Below, piece after piece: positions 19,832-29,474 of a DNA stretch of 64,000 nt. Each line of letters opens with the position of its first letter. The stretch's first letter is position 1. Below the pieces are notes generated by a model. That model did not search any database. It was not told the origin of the DNA and worked only from the letters and a program-made list of their open reading frames with translations. The DNA is from Arenicellales bacterium (GTDB taxonomy: Bacteria > Pseudomonadota > Gammaproteobacteria > Arenicellales > JAANXG01): positions 3,611,129 through 3,675,128 of the forward strand of contig OZ244194.1 in assembly GCA_965216665.1 (NCBI GenBank), in the 5' to 3' direction. The position numbers were made by a program, and so were the translations under genes.

Positions 19832-20479
19832 ATGATTGATTCGAAACGACTGCTCGATCAACTCGTCGGCAGCGGAGTCGCCGGCGGTTTCGCCGGCGGG
19901 CTGGCCGGCGGCGTGCTCGCTAAAACGCTGTCGCGTAAGAAGGTGCGCAAAGTCGCCGGTTCGGCATTACAACTCGGCGGCCTCGCGCTCGTCGGCGGGC
20001 TCGCCTACAAGGCGTGGCAGAAGTATCAACAGGGACCGGAGGAGCATTTACCGGCCGGCACGCCGATCCCCCCGGAAGGGAGTGCTTTTCTGCCGGCAAA
20101 CCGCGACTCTACGGCCGCTCACGCGCTAAACCTGTTGTTGGCGCGCGCCATCATTTCGGCGGCCAAGGCAGACGGGCAGATTGACGCGTTGGAGAATCAG
20201 CAGATCCTGGCACAGATCAACAGCCTGGAGATGCCCGCCGAAGACAAGGCGTTCTTGTTCGAAGAATATACCCGCCCGCTCGATGTGCGCGCCCTGGCGG
20301 CGGACGTCGCATCTCCGGAACACGCGGCCGAAGTGTATGCGGCCGCGGTGCTGACCGTCGCTCCTCCCTCTCCGGCGGAGCGCCACTACCTGGATACTTT
20401 GGCTCTCGAGCTCAGTTTGGCCCCCGGCCTGGCGCGCGAGATCGAAAACACGATCACGGCGGACCGCGCCGCGGCATAG
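19832..20479 (+). CDS. TerB-like / DUF533 family inner-membrane protein
   Basis: AAGGAGA RBS. Gly-rich TM N-terminus. C-terminal TerB-like helical domain (ADGQIDALENQQILAQINSLEMPAEDKAFL). Confidence 0.65.
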   Translation: MIDSKRLLDQLVGSGVAGGFAGGLAGGVLAKTLSRKKVRKVAGSALQLGGLALVGGLAYKAWQKYQQGPEEHLPAGTPIPPEGSAFLPANRDSTAAHALNLLLARAIISAAKADGQIDALENQQILAQINSLEMPAEDKAFLFEEYTRPLDVRALAADVASPEHAAEVYAAAVLTVAPPSPAERHYLDTLALELSLAPGLAREIENTITADRAAA

Positions 20480-20614
20480 CGGGCGCGCCGTTTCGCGACA
20501 ACGGTTGCCGCAGGCCGCGCGGCGGTCATGCTGCACTCCCCGACGGCGCGACATGGCGGTGCGGACCGGGGGGGTCGAGCCGTGCCCCGGGCTGCCTTCG
20601 AAACCCACCGATCG

Positions 20615-21595
20615 ATGACCCTCGCCCTCGTCGCAGTATTGTGCGGTCTGGTGTTGCTCGTCTGGAGTGCCGAGCGGTTCGTGGACGGAGCGGCCGCCGT
20701 GTCCCGCTACTGGGGCATGCCGCCGCTCTTGATCGGGATGATCGTGGTCGGCTTCGGAACCTCGGCACCCGAAATGGCGATTTCGGCGCGCGCCGCGGCC
20801 CAGGGTCACACCGGGATCGCGCTCGGCAACGCGTACGGATCGAACATCGCGAACATCGCCCTGATTCTCGGCTTGACGGCGCTGGTGCGACCCATTGCGG
20901 TGCACTCGCGGGTGCTGCGCAAAGAACTACCGGTGTTGAGCGCGGTGACCCTGCTCGCCGGATACCAGCTCATGGACGACCGGCTCACCCGCCTCGACGC
21001 GTTGGTGCTGCTCGCCGTATTCGCCGGCCTTCTGGGCTGGACGATTCACGAGGGACGGCGCGCGCACAGCGACGCGTTGGCGGCCGAGATGGAACGGGAG
21101 CTCGCACATTCCGGCAGGTCACCGGGGCGGGCCTGGTTCTGGCTATTGGCCGGCCTGGTGATACTGGTTTTGAGTGCGCGGATTTTGGTTTGGGGTGCGG
21201 TGGAAACGGCCCGCGCATTTGCGGTGAGCGACCTCATCATCGGACTGACGATCCTGGCGATCGGGACCTCTCTGCCCGAGCTGGCATCGGCATTGGCGGC
21301 CACCCGCAAGGGTGAGCACGACATCGCGCTCGGTAACGTGCTCGGCTCCAACCTCTTCAATACGCTGGTCGTCGTGGGTATCGCCGCCGCTATCCAACCC
21401 GCTGCCGTCCCGCCGGAAGTATTGTCCAGGGACTGGGTGGCGATGGGCGGCCTGACCCTATTTTTGTTCATTCTGGCCTATGGGTTTCGCGGTCCGGGGC
21501 GGGTGAACCGGTTCGAAGGCGGTGTGCTGCTGGCCAGCTTCATCGGCTACGGCACCTACCTGGCGGTCGGTGTGCTCGATACTCATGTGGCTTGA
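20615..21595 (+). CDS. yrbG: CaCA family Na+/Ca2+ (K+-dependent) exchanger
   Basis: Two alpha-repeats (GTSAPEMAISARAA…GSNIANIALILG and GTSLPELASALAATRKG…GSNLFNTLVVVG). Confidence 0.85.
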   Translation: MTLALVAVLCGLVLLVWSAERFVDGAAAVSRYWGMPPLLIGMIVVGFGTSAPEMAISARAAAQGHTGIALGNAYGSNIANIALILGLTALVRPIAVHSRVLRKELPVLSAVTLLAGYQLMDDRLTRLDALVLLAVFAGLLGWTIHEGRRAHSDALAAEMERELAHSGRSPGRAWFWLLAGLVILVLSARILVWGAVETARAFAVSDLIIGLTILAIGTSLPELASALAATRKGEHDIALGNVLGSNLFNTLVVVGIAAAIQPAAVPPEVLSRDWVAMGGLTLFLFILAYGFRGPGRVNRFEGGVLLASFIGYGTYLAVGVLDTHVA

Positions 21596-21732
21596 AAGGA
21601 CGGCGCCGGTCCCGGTGGCGGAAGTGCACCATACTTCGGAGTATTCGAGCAATCCGACGAAACTTCCGCATTTTTTTTCCCGTGATGGCCGCGCATAGTG
21701 GGCTCAATACAAACCGAACGGAGACACACAAC

Positions 21733-22083
21733 ATGCGACTGATTGTTCATACACCGGGTATCGACTTGAGCGCGTCGCGGCAAGTGCGGTTGGTGCGGCG
21801 GGTTAAGTCCATGCTCGGACATTTCGCGACCCGCGCCAGGTCCGTGTCCGTGCACGTCACGGACGAATCGCTCGCGCACGGTAAGCGACTGATGCATTGT
21901 CAAGTGACGGTTGCGCTGCCGCGCCTGCGGGTCGTGGCACGACATCGCGCTTCCAATGTTCTGGCCGCTGTCTTCTGTGCGGTTGCCAAGGCGACTCGGA
22001 GTTTGGATCGGTATTTACGCAAGCGCAGTAGAGAGAGATTAACAGGGGTCAGGTTTCCCGCCTCAGTCAAGGCGGCGGCATAA
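21733..22083 (+). CDS. divergent HPF/RaiA-like ribosome-associated protein paralog
   Basis: ATG 21733 after GGAGACA. Fold pattern and length resemble short HPF/YfiA. Clearly homologous to the ORF at 28875-29225. Confidence 0.45.
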   Translation: MRLIVHTPGIDLSASRQVRLVRRVKSMLGHFATRARSVSVHVTDESLAHGKRLMHCQVTVALPRLRVVARHRASNVLAAVFCAVAKATRSLDRYLRKRSRERLTGVRFPASVKAAA

Positions 22084-22094
22084 CGTCCGGCCGT

Positions 22095-22111
22095 AGCCGC
22101 TCAACGCGGCT
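22095..22111. terminator. short hairpin at convergent gene ends
   Basis: agccgc-tcaac-gcggct. Between the HPF-like gene (+) and phaG (-). No U-tract. Confidence 0.2.
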
Positions 22112-22475
22112 CGCGGTCGGGCGAAATGCCGGGCTGCTCGTCCGCAGCGGCCTCGAGTACCGCATCAGGGGGCAGTCTGGCTATCGAGCTCAGGCGCAAG
22201 TGCAAGGCGGCTTTGGCCATCAGGTGCGCGCTGATCGGCGCGGTGATGAAAAGAAATAGGGTGACCAGCACCTCGTGCAGACTCAAGCCTGCGCCGCGCG
22301 TGCTGAAGAAAATCGACGAGGCGATCAACAGGCTGCCCACCCCTAGGGTGGTGGCCTTGGTGGGACTGTGCAGACGTGTGAAGAAGTCTGGCAGACGCAG
22401 CAGGCCGAGCGAACCGATGAGGGTGAACACCGCACCGACGATGATGAGCACGGAGAGGAGTAACTCGAGCATCAC
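22101..22475 (-). CDS. phaG: monovalent cation/H+ antiporter subunit G
   Basis: MnhG/MrpG-like 3-TM protein. Last gene of the operon. Confidence 0.8.
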   Translation of the reverse strand: MMLELLLSVLIIVGAVFTLIGSLGLLRLPDFFTRLHSPTKATTLGVGSLLIASSIFFSTRGAGLSLHEVLVTLFLFITAPISAHLMAKAALHLRLSSIARLPPDAVLEAAADEQPGISPDREPR

Positions 22476-22479
22476 GGCC

Positions 22480-22749
22480 TCACTCGATGATATCGCCGCG
22501 TAGCAGATACTTGCTGAGCGCCGCCGTACCGACGAAACCGATCAACGCAATCAGCAGCGCGGTCTCAAAATACAGATCGCTCGCGAAATAGATTCCCAGC
22601 AGCACGAGTAGAGCCACCGCGTCGATATACAGCGTGTCGAGGGCCAGGATCCGGTCCGGTTTGGTGGGCCCGGTCACCAGACGCCAAAAGGCCATGAGCA
22701 GCGCGATGCTGACCAGACCAAAGGCTAAAAACAGGGTCACCTTCAACAT
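22480..22749 (-). CDS. phaF: monovalent cation/H+ antiporter subunit F
   Basis: 89 aa, MrpF-like. Confidence 0.8.
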   Translation of the reverse strand: MLKVTLFLAFGLVSIALLMAFWRLVTGPTKPDRILALDTLYIDAVALLVLLGIYFASDLYFETALLIALIGFVGTAALSKYLLRGDIIE

Positions 22750-23234
22750 GATTCGAGTACCTCTTTCAGGGGGTTTTCGTAGCGTTCGCGGATGGTCGCG
22801 ATCAGCGCCTCCGGATCGCCCGTATCCAGACTGTGAATAATCAAGGTTCGACGGTCGGCGCTCAGAAAAGCCGACACCGTGCCGGGAGTCAGCGAGATCG
22901 TGCTGGTGAGCATGCTGACGGCGACCTCGGTACGCAGCCTCAACGGCATCTCCACGAAGGCGGGTCGTACTCGTCCAGGGTCTTGGACCACGAGACGTGC
23001 CACCGCAATGTTAGCGACTACGACATCGCTCAGGACCACGCCGATGAAGCGCAGCAGCGCGCGCGGATTTCGCACCTTGACTTCGTCAGGCCAGAACCGC
23101 GCGGTGTACAGGGGCACGCACCAAGCGAGTACGCTGCCGAGGAGAAGCTGCCCGACGGAGAGGTCGTTGGCCAGCAGCAGCCAGATCAGCAGCAGTATGA
23201 CCGACAGAAGGGGGTGCGGCAGGATGCGTTTCAT
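22743..23234 (-). CDS. phaE: monovalent cation/H+ antiporter subunit E
   Basis: MrpE-like. Overlaps its neighbours (translational coupling). Confidence 0.8.
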   Translation of the reverse strand: MKRILPHPLLSVILLLIWLLLANDLSVGQLLLGSVLAWCVPLYTARFWPDEVKVRNPRALLRFIGVVLSDVVVANIAVARLVVQDPGRVRPAFVEMPLRLRTEVAVSMLTSTISLTPGTVSAFLSADRRTLIIHSLDTGDPEALIATIRERYENPLKEVLESC

Positions 23235-24742
23235 AGAGGTGACCCGCTGTTGAGCCCTTGCAGGACGGCCTCGACGTAGCCCGTCGGTAACACGAGCTGT
23301 TCGGCGGTAGCGTGGCTGAATTGGTGTACCGTTCCGGCGAATACCACCAGCGCGACGCCGAGGCCGACCAACGCAAGCATCGGTAATACGTCGCCGGCGC
23401 GCAGACGCACGGGTGCGCTCGCCCCCCGCTCAAACTGGAAAAACAGGCGGCTGCCCGAGCGCGCCAGTGAAACGACGACGAACAGACTGGTGACGAGTAC
23501 CACCGGGAGCACCCCTGCGACCCAAGGAGTAACAAAACTCGACTTGAGGACGAGAAACTTGCCGACGAAACCGGACAGGGGCGGCAGGCCGGCAACCGCT
23601 ATGGCCGCTAGCAGGAACAGAGCCCCGAGAAAAGCACTCTGCGGCGGCCCCGGCTGAAAGCGATCGGCGTGCGCGCCGCGGGTGCGCGCCAGCAAATCCG
23701 TGAGGAGGAACAGCGCCGCGGCAGCGAAGGTCGAATGGATCAGATAGAACAGCCCGGCGGCCACCGCTTCCGCGTTGCCCATGCCGAAAGTGGTCAACAG
23801 GGTTCCGGCCGAGGCCACCACCAGGTGCGCGGTTAACTGGGCAAGGCGGGTACTCGCGAGCGCGCCCAGGGTTCCGAGCACGATGGTAACGAGGCCCAGC
23901 GGCACCAGCCAGGGCTCGGCCAGGCCCGCCAAGGACCCGCCCGTGGCACCGAAGATCAAACTGTAGATGCGCAGGATGGCGTAGACGCCGACCTTGGTCA
24001 TGATGGCAAACAACGCGGCCACCGGAGCACTGGCGCTGCTGTAGGCGCCGGGCAGCCACAACTGCAGCGGTGCGAGGGCGGCCTTCAAACCGAACACCAC
24101 GAGCAGCAACAGCGCGGCCGCTCGTACGATGCCGAGGTCGGCCTGCGAAAGTGACGCGACGCGTACCGCGAGATCGGCCATGTTCAGAGTGCCGAGCACA
24201 CCATACAGGACCCCCACGGCAAACAAGAATAGAGTCGAGCCGACCAGATTCAGGACCACGTAGTGCAGTCCGGCCCGTGAACGCGCGCGCCCGCCGCCGT
24301 GCAACAAGAGTCCGTAGGACGCGATCAGGAGTACTTCGAAAAACACGAACAGATTGAACAGGTCGCCGGTTAAAAACGCGCCGTTGAGACCGAGGAGCTG
24401 AAAATGGAACAGGGTGTGAAACTGGCGTCCGGCGCGATCGCTTCCCCGCACCGCGTAGAGCACGACGCACAGCGCGAGAACCGCGGTGACCAGGACCAGC
24501 GTGCCGGCGAGCCGATCGGCCACCAGGACGATACCGAACGGTGCACGCCAGTCGCCGAGCTCGTACACCAACCATTTCCCGTCAGCGACCTGCATATGTA
24601 ATAACAACGCCGTGATTACCAACCCCAGTGTGGCGATTACGCTGGTTGCACGTCGCAGTCGTGTCGCCGATCCCGGCAGCAGTACGAGTATCGCGCCGGT
24701 CACGAGCGGAAGTAGAAGGGGGGCGATGACGATGTGATTCAC
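23231..24742 (-). CDS. phaD: monovalent cation/H+ antiporter subunit D (NuoN/ND-like)
   Basis: Complex-I antiporter-like subunit motifs. 4-bp overlaps. Confidence 0.85.
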   Translation of the reverse strand: MNHIVIAPLLLPLVTGAILVLLPGSATRLRRATSVIATLGLVITALLLHMQVADGKWLVYELGDWRAPFGIVLVADRLAGTLVLVTAVLALCVVLYAVRGSDRAGRQFHTLFHFQLLGLNGAFLTGDLFNLFVFFEVLLIASYGLLLHGGGRARSRAGLHYVVLNLVGSTLFLFAVGVLYGVLGTLNMADLAVRVASLSQADLGIVRAAALLLLVVFGLKAALAPLQLWLPGAYSSASAPVAALFAIMTKVGVYAILRIYSLIFGATGGSLAGLAEPWLVPLGLVTIVLGTLGALASTRLAQLTAHLVVASAGTLLTTFGMGNAEAVAAGLFYLIHSTFAAAALFLLTDLLARTRGAHADRFQPGPPQSAFLGALFLLAAIAVAGLPPLSGFVGKFLVLKSSFVTPWVAGVLPVVLVTSLFVVVSLARSGSRLFFQFERGASAPVRLRAGDVLPMLALVGLGVALVVFAGTVHQFSHATAEQLVLPTGYVEAVLQGLNSGSPL

Positions 24743-25071
24743 GGCGCTGAGTCCCGGCCGTCGACGTGGTCGTTGCCCAACTCCGCGCGAGCGCGCAAAG
24801 ACAGTATGACGAGAAACGCGGTCATCCCGAAGCTGATGACGATTGCGGTCAGCACCAGAGCCTGGGGCAGCGGGTCGGCGTAGTGATCCCGACCGGCCTC
24901 GATCACGGGTGCGGCGCCGATGGTCAGCCGGCCCATGACGAACAGGAACAGGTTTACCGCATAGGACATGAGCGTCAAACCGAGCACCACGGCGAAAGTG
25001 CGACCGCGGAGAATGAGGTACACGCCGCTGGCGGTCAGCACACCGATCGCCCCCGAGACCAGGACCTCCAT
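24739..25071 (-). CDS. phaC: monovalent cation/H+ antiporter subunit C (NuoK-like)
   Basis: 110 aa, 3 TM, MrpC-like. Confidence 0.85.
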   Translation of the reverse strand: MEVLVSGAIGVLTASGVYLILRGRTFAVVLGLTLMSYAVNLFLFVMGRLTIGAAPVIEAGRDHYADPLPQALVLTAIVISFGMTAFLVILSLRARAELGNDHVDGRDSAP

Positions 25072-27884
25072 CAGGACTTACCCACCGATTCGTCGGACGC
25101 TGCGACGGGACGGCTCGCGTCGTGCAATCGCGCCAACCGGACCAGAATCGCTAGCGTGACGCCGACGACCACCAGGTATACACCGAGGTCGAAAAGCATC
25201 GCCGAGGCAATCTCGAACTCACCCACCCAGGGCCAGTGAAGATGCGTGAAGGCGGAAGTCAGAAACGGATAGCCGAATACCCAGCTCGCCAAACCGGTTA
25301 CGACCGCAAGCAACAGCCCAATCCCGACCTGGGGGTGCAGCCGGGTGCGCAGCCGAGTCCGTGTCCAGGCGATCCCGTTGGCGAGATATTGCATGATCAA
25401 CGCCACCGCGGTGATTAGCCCGGCGATGAAACCCCCGCCGGGGAGGTTGTGCCCGCGAAGCAAGATAAATACGGCGACGAGCAGGGCCAGCGGTAGCAGC
25501 AGGCGCGAGAACGCCGCCATCATCATCGGATGCGTGTCCCAATTCCACGGGCGCCCGAGTTCGTCCCGCTTCGGCGCCGGCAATCTGACGCCTTCCAACA
25601 AGGTGTGGATACCGATGGCGGCAATGGCGAGCACCGTGATCTCTCCCAGAGTATCGAAACCGCGAAAGTCCACCAGGATCACGTTTACGACATTGGTTCC
25701 GCCGCCGCCCGGGACGCTGTTTTCCAGAAAGTACGGCGAAATCGAGCGATACGGACGTGTCAGCACCGCCCACGTCAGCGCGCTCGCCCCGCTGCCCGCC
25801 AGGACAGCGATCGTCAAGTCGCGAAAAAGGCGGCGCCGCGGTGTTTCCGCGACGCTGTAATCGGGCAGGAAATACAGGGCGAGCAGAAGCAGCACGACGG
25901 TGACGACCTCGACGGTGAGCTGGGTCAACGCCAGGTCCGGGGCGGAAAATTTGACGAAAGTCAGCGCCACGATCAAGCCGACGACACTCAACATCATCAG
26001 TGCGATGAAGCGCCGCCGGTGCACGAACGCCGTACCCACGGCACCGACCACCAGGCACACCGATACCGCCAACGTCACCGGATCGAGCGGAGTGAGGTCC
26101 TGGTCGCCGGTGAGCGGGGCGCCTCCCCAAAGCCCGGCGGCGACGGCAAGGCAGGCGGTCGTCAGGACCGTGAAGACCATGCGCTGCAGTGCCGCGCAGT
26201 TAAGCCACGGGTCCAACTTTGCCGCCAGTGCAAACAACCCTGCCTCGGCCTTTCGATAGACGAGTGCCGCGTCCACCCGGCCGACAGTGCGGTCGTGCCA
26301 GTCGAACAGGAAGTGCCGGAAATAGTAGATGATCAGACCGCCGATCATCGCGACGATACTCATGCCCAAAGCCGGCGTGAAACCGTGCCAGACCGCCAGG
26401 CTGTACTCCGGCAGTTCTCCCTGCAAAGTTGCGCCGGCCGCCACCGCTAGTAACGGACCGTACGTGAGAGATGGTGCAATGCCCACCGCGACACAGAGCA
26501 GAACCAGGATCTCCACCGGCACTTTCATCCACCGCGGTGGCTCGTGCGGCGTGCGTGGCAGGTCTATGGGATCGCCGTTGAAGAACACGTCGTGGATAAA
26601 ACGCAGCGAATATGCGACGGCAAACACCCCGGCCAGGGTGGCCGCCAGCGGTAGCACCCAGGTGGCGCCGCCCTCACTGGTGAGATACACGGTCTTCGCA
26701 AAGAACATTTCCTTGGACAGGAAGCCGTTCAGCAACGGCACGCCGGCCATGGCGGCCGCCGCCACGATGGCCAACACGGCGGTGTAAGGCATGTTCTTCC
26801 ACAGCCCGTTCAGACGACGCATGTCGCGAGTGCCGGCCTCATGGTCGATAATGCCCGCGGCCATGAACAACGAGGCTTTGAATGTGGCATGGTTCATGAT
26901 GTGGAACACGGCGGCCACGGCGGCGAGCGGCGTGCCGATGCCGAACAACAGGGTGATCAAACCGAGATGACTGATCGTAGAGTAAGCCAACAGCCCCTTT
27001 AAATCGTGCTTGAATAGTGCCGTGTATGCGCCCAGCAACAGCGTGGCGATTCCGGCCAGGCTGACGATCCAGGTCCACTCGGACGAACCCGAGAGCGCGG
27101 GAAACAACCGCGCGAGGAGGAACACGCCCGCTTTGACCATGGTGGCCGAATGCAGATACGCACTGACCGGTGTCGGCGCGGCCATGGCGTGCGGGAGCCA
27201 GAAATGAAACGGAAACTGGGCGGACTTGGTGAATATGCCGAGAAGAATGAGTACCAGCATGGGCACGTAGAGCGGATGCGCGTGGATGCGTTCGGCGGAC
27301 TGCAGGATCACGGACAGTTCGTAGCTGCCGGTGATTTCGCCGAGCACCAGGACACCGCCGAACAGCGCCAGTCCACCACCCCCGGTGACCGCAAGCGCCA
27401 TGCGTGAGCCCTGACGGGCATCATCACGGTGATGCCAATAGCTGATCAAGAGAAAAGAACTGATGCTCGTCAATTCCCAAAAGACGAGCAACTGGATGAG
27501 ATGTTCCGACGCGACGACGCCCAACATGGCTCCCATGAACAACAGCAGGTACGCGTAGAAACGACGCATGGAGTCCTGCTCCGACAGGTAATAGCGCGCG
27601 TAGAGAATGACGAGCAGCCCGACGACCAGAATCAACAGCATAAACAGAAGCGCGAGGCCGTCGATCCGAAACATGAGCTTCAAATCCGCGCCGGGTATCC
27701 ACGGGTGCTCCCAGAACAGCGTCGCGCCATCCATGACGGCGCCTATGAGCGGTCCGAGCATTAGCACCGCGGCCAAAGTGATGGCGCCTGCCGCGTACGC
27801 GTAAGCGAGCCTGCCACGCAGCGAGATCGAGGCCACCAGTAAGGCCCCCCCGATCGGCAACAGCACGATCAACGGCAATGTCAT
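25071..27884 (-). CDS. phaAB: monovalent cation/H+ antiporter fused subunits A+B
   Basis: 937 aa. MrpA N-terminus (WELTSISSFLLISYW…) fused to a MrpB-like C-terminal extension, as in pha-type operons. Confidence 0.85.
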   Translation of the reverse strand: MTLPLIVLLPIGGALLVASISLRGRLAYAYAAGAITLAAVLMLGPLIGAVMDGATLFWEHPWIPGADLKLMFRIDGLALLFMLLILVVGLLVILYARYYLSEQDSMRRFYAYLLLFMGAMLGVVASEHLIQLLVFWELTSISSFLLISYWHHRDDARQGSRMALAVTGGGGLALFGGVLVLGEITGSYELSVILQSAERIHAHPLYVPMLVLILLGIFTKSAQFPFHFWLPHAMAAPTPVSAYLHSATMVKAGVFLLARLFPALSGSSEWTWIVSLAGIATLLLGAYTALFKHDLKGLLAYSTISHLGLITLLFGIGTPLAAVAAVFHIMNHATFKASLFMAAGIIDHEAGTRDMRRLNGLWKNMPYTAVLAIVAAAAMAGVPLLNGFLSKEMFFAKTVYLTSEGGATWVLPLAATLAGVFAVAYSLRFIHDVFFNGDPIDLPRTPHEPPRWMKVPVEILVLLCVAVGIAPSLTYGPLLAVAAGATLQGELPEYSLAVWHGFTPALGMSIVAMIGGLIIYYFRHFLFDWHDRTVGRVDAALVYRKAEAGLFALAAKLDPWLNCAALQRMVFTVLTTACLAVAAGLWGGAPLTGDQDLTPLDPVTLAVSVCLVVGAVGTAFVHRRRFIALMMLSVVGLIVALTFVKFSAPDLALTQLTVEVVTVVLLLLALYFLPDYSVAETPRRRLFRDLTIAVLAGSGASALTWAVLTRPYRSISPYFLENSVPGGGGTNVVNVILVDFRGFDTLGEITVLAIAAIGIHTLLEGVRLPAPKRDELGRPWNWDTHPMMMAAFSRLLLPLALLVAVFILLRGHNLPGGGFIAGLITAVALIMQYLANGIAWTRTRLRTRLHPQVGIGLLLAVVTGLASWVFGYPFLTSAFTHLHWPWVGEFEIASAMLFDLGVYLVVVGVTLAILVRLARLHDASRPVAASDESVGKS

Positions 27885-28266
27885 GCGTTATACCCCCGGC
27901 CTAGCCAGCGTTGACATAGCGCAGCGAGGCCGCGCCGCGTACTGCCGGCGACATACGAAACGCCGTACAACATGGATCTTTGTCTCGGGAAGTCGAACCC
28001 GTTCGGTGTTTGCCAGCGAGGATGCGACCATATTGGATTTTTCGCGTTTTATCCACCCGGAACCGTGGTCGGGCAGGTCGGACCACCGACTGGAAACCGT
28101 CCGTCGTGGTGGCACACGGAAACCCCTTCGCATGCGGGGGAATCCGGTGTCATGTCGGTCTGAAACGTTCGTAAAAATCGAAATATCATGCCGAAAAATT
28201 CAGTTTTTAATTGTCTATATTCTGCCTTACCGTATGCGCACTGAAATCAAACGAGGATCTTGATCT

Positions 28267-28692
28267 ATGAAACGTACGACTCAGTTAGTGACCTTCGCTG
28301 CGATGACGACGCTGATTGCCGGAGCGGCAACAGCCGGCAAGACGGGTGCGCAGAGCGCCGAGTTACAGACCGAACACCGCGAGACCGCACCTTTCATGAA
28401 GCACTCGTGGGAGCGTGGGCACATTCTCGGTCTCGTCGAGGAGAGAGAAGCATCGGGTCACGGCGACGCCCAACCCGTCCATGAACAACCCTGGGAGCGT
28501 GGACAGCTGTTGAATCTCCTCAAGGAAAAAGGTGGCGGACACCCGGACGCCGCGCTCGCACCGCCGGTGGTGATCTATTTCGATAAGACCGCGTCGGAGC
28601 CCGGCCTGCCGGCGGAGCTCGGGAATACCCAGGCGAGTCGCAGCATTATGCTGAAGTACCTGGAGCAGGCGCGCCGGAATGCCGCATCGTGA
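28267..28692 (+). CDS. hypothetical periplasmic protein with internal duplicated motif
   Basis: Signal peptide. Duplicated units SWERGHILGLVEE / PWERGQLLNLLKE. Confidence 0.5.
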   Translation: MKRTTQLVTFAAMTTLIAGAATAGKTGAQSAELQTEHRETAPFMKHSWERGHILGLVEEREASGHGDAQPVHEQPWERGQLLNLLKEKGGGHPDAALAPPVVIYFDKTASEPGLPAELGNTQASRSIMLKYLEQARRNAAS

Positions 28693-28874
28693 TGGCACCC
28701 TAATCCCCTCCCCTTGTTGATGTGCGCCGTGCCGGATTGGCACGGCGTTCTTTTTTTGAAATATGGCCAAGCGAACCTTTCGTTTTTTTCGAACTGTCAA
28801 GCACGGCATTTTCGAATTTACCCATGTGGGTTTGCGCCGCTAAATTAACCGTATTCGAAACAGCCGGAGACCGA

Positions 28875-29225
28875 ATGATGGTGATCGCGATTCAATCCCG
28901 TGGCGTGTTGCTGACCGGGGCACTACGGGGCCATGTTCGCAAACGTCTCAGTTTTTCCCTGGGCCGCTGCGGCTCCCGTATCCAGCGTGTGGACGTAAAA
29001 TTGTCGGACATCAACGGTCCGCGCGGCGGCATCGACAAGCGCTGCCTGATCAAGGTGCAGGTACTCGGCAAGCGCCACATTGTCGTGGAGGACATCCAGT
29101 CCGATCTGTATACCGCGATCGACCGCGCTGCGGGCCGCGCGGGCCGCACTCTCGCCAGGCGCCTGTCCATGCAATTCCTCGACCGTCAACGGAGTCACAA
29201 TCCCCGGCCGATACCCGTGCGCTGA
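28875..29225 (+). CDS. HPF/RaiA family ribosome-associated inhibitor (short form)
   Basis: ATG 28875 after GGAGAC. DLYTAIDRAAGRAGRTLARRL matches the C-terminal helix of YfiA/HPF (DMYAAID…LxRQL). Confidence 0.6.
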   Translation: MMVIAIQSRGVLLTGALRGHVRKRLSFSLGRCGSRIQRVDVKLSDINGPRGGIDKRCLIKVQVLGKRHIVVEDIQSDLYTAIDRAAGRAGRTLARRLSMQFLDRQRSHNPRPIPVR

Positions 29226-29474
29226 ACTTTGCCGCCGGTCACTCTCTTGGCGCGGCGTACCGCTCGGCCGGAACGAGTGGATTGACGCTTGTATCGGGTA
29301 CCCATCGGGTCGGTGCCAGACATGCGCGTCCACGCGCATGCGTGGGCGGGGTGCCGGAACGCGAACGACGGTGCGCCGGACGCAGCGGAAAACAGCGACA
29401 ATGCGGCGTTAAGGTGTTATACCATGCGCCGGTAGAAGGGGCTTCGCGAGCCCGCGACCGGACACACGCGTTCC

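Noticed and set aside
23430-26450. Several 300-380-aa ORFs on both strands inside phaD/phaAB
   Set aside because: Overlap the conserved antiporter subunit genes. Arg-rich nonsense translations.
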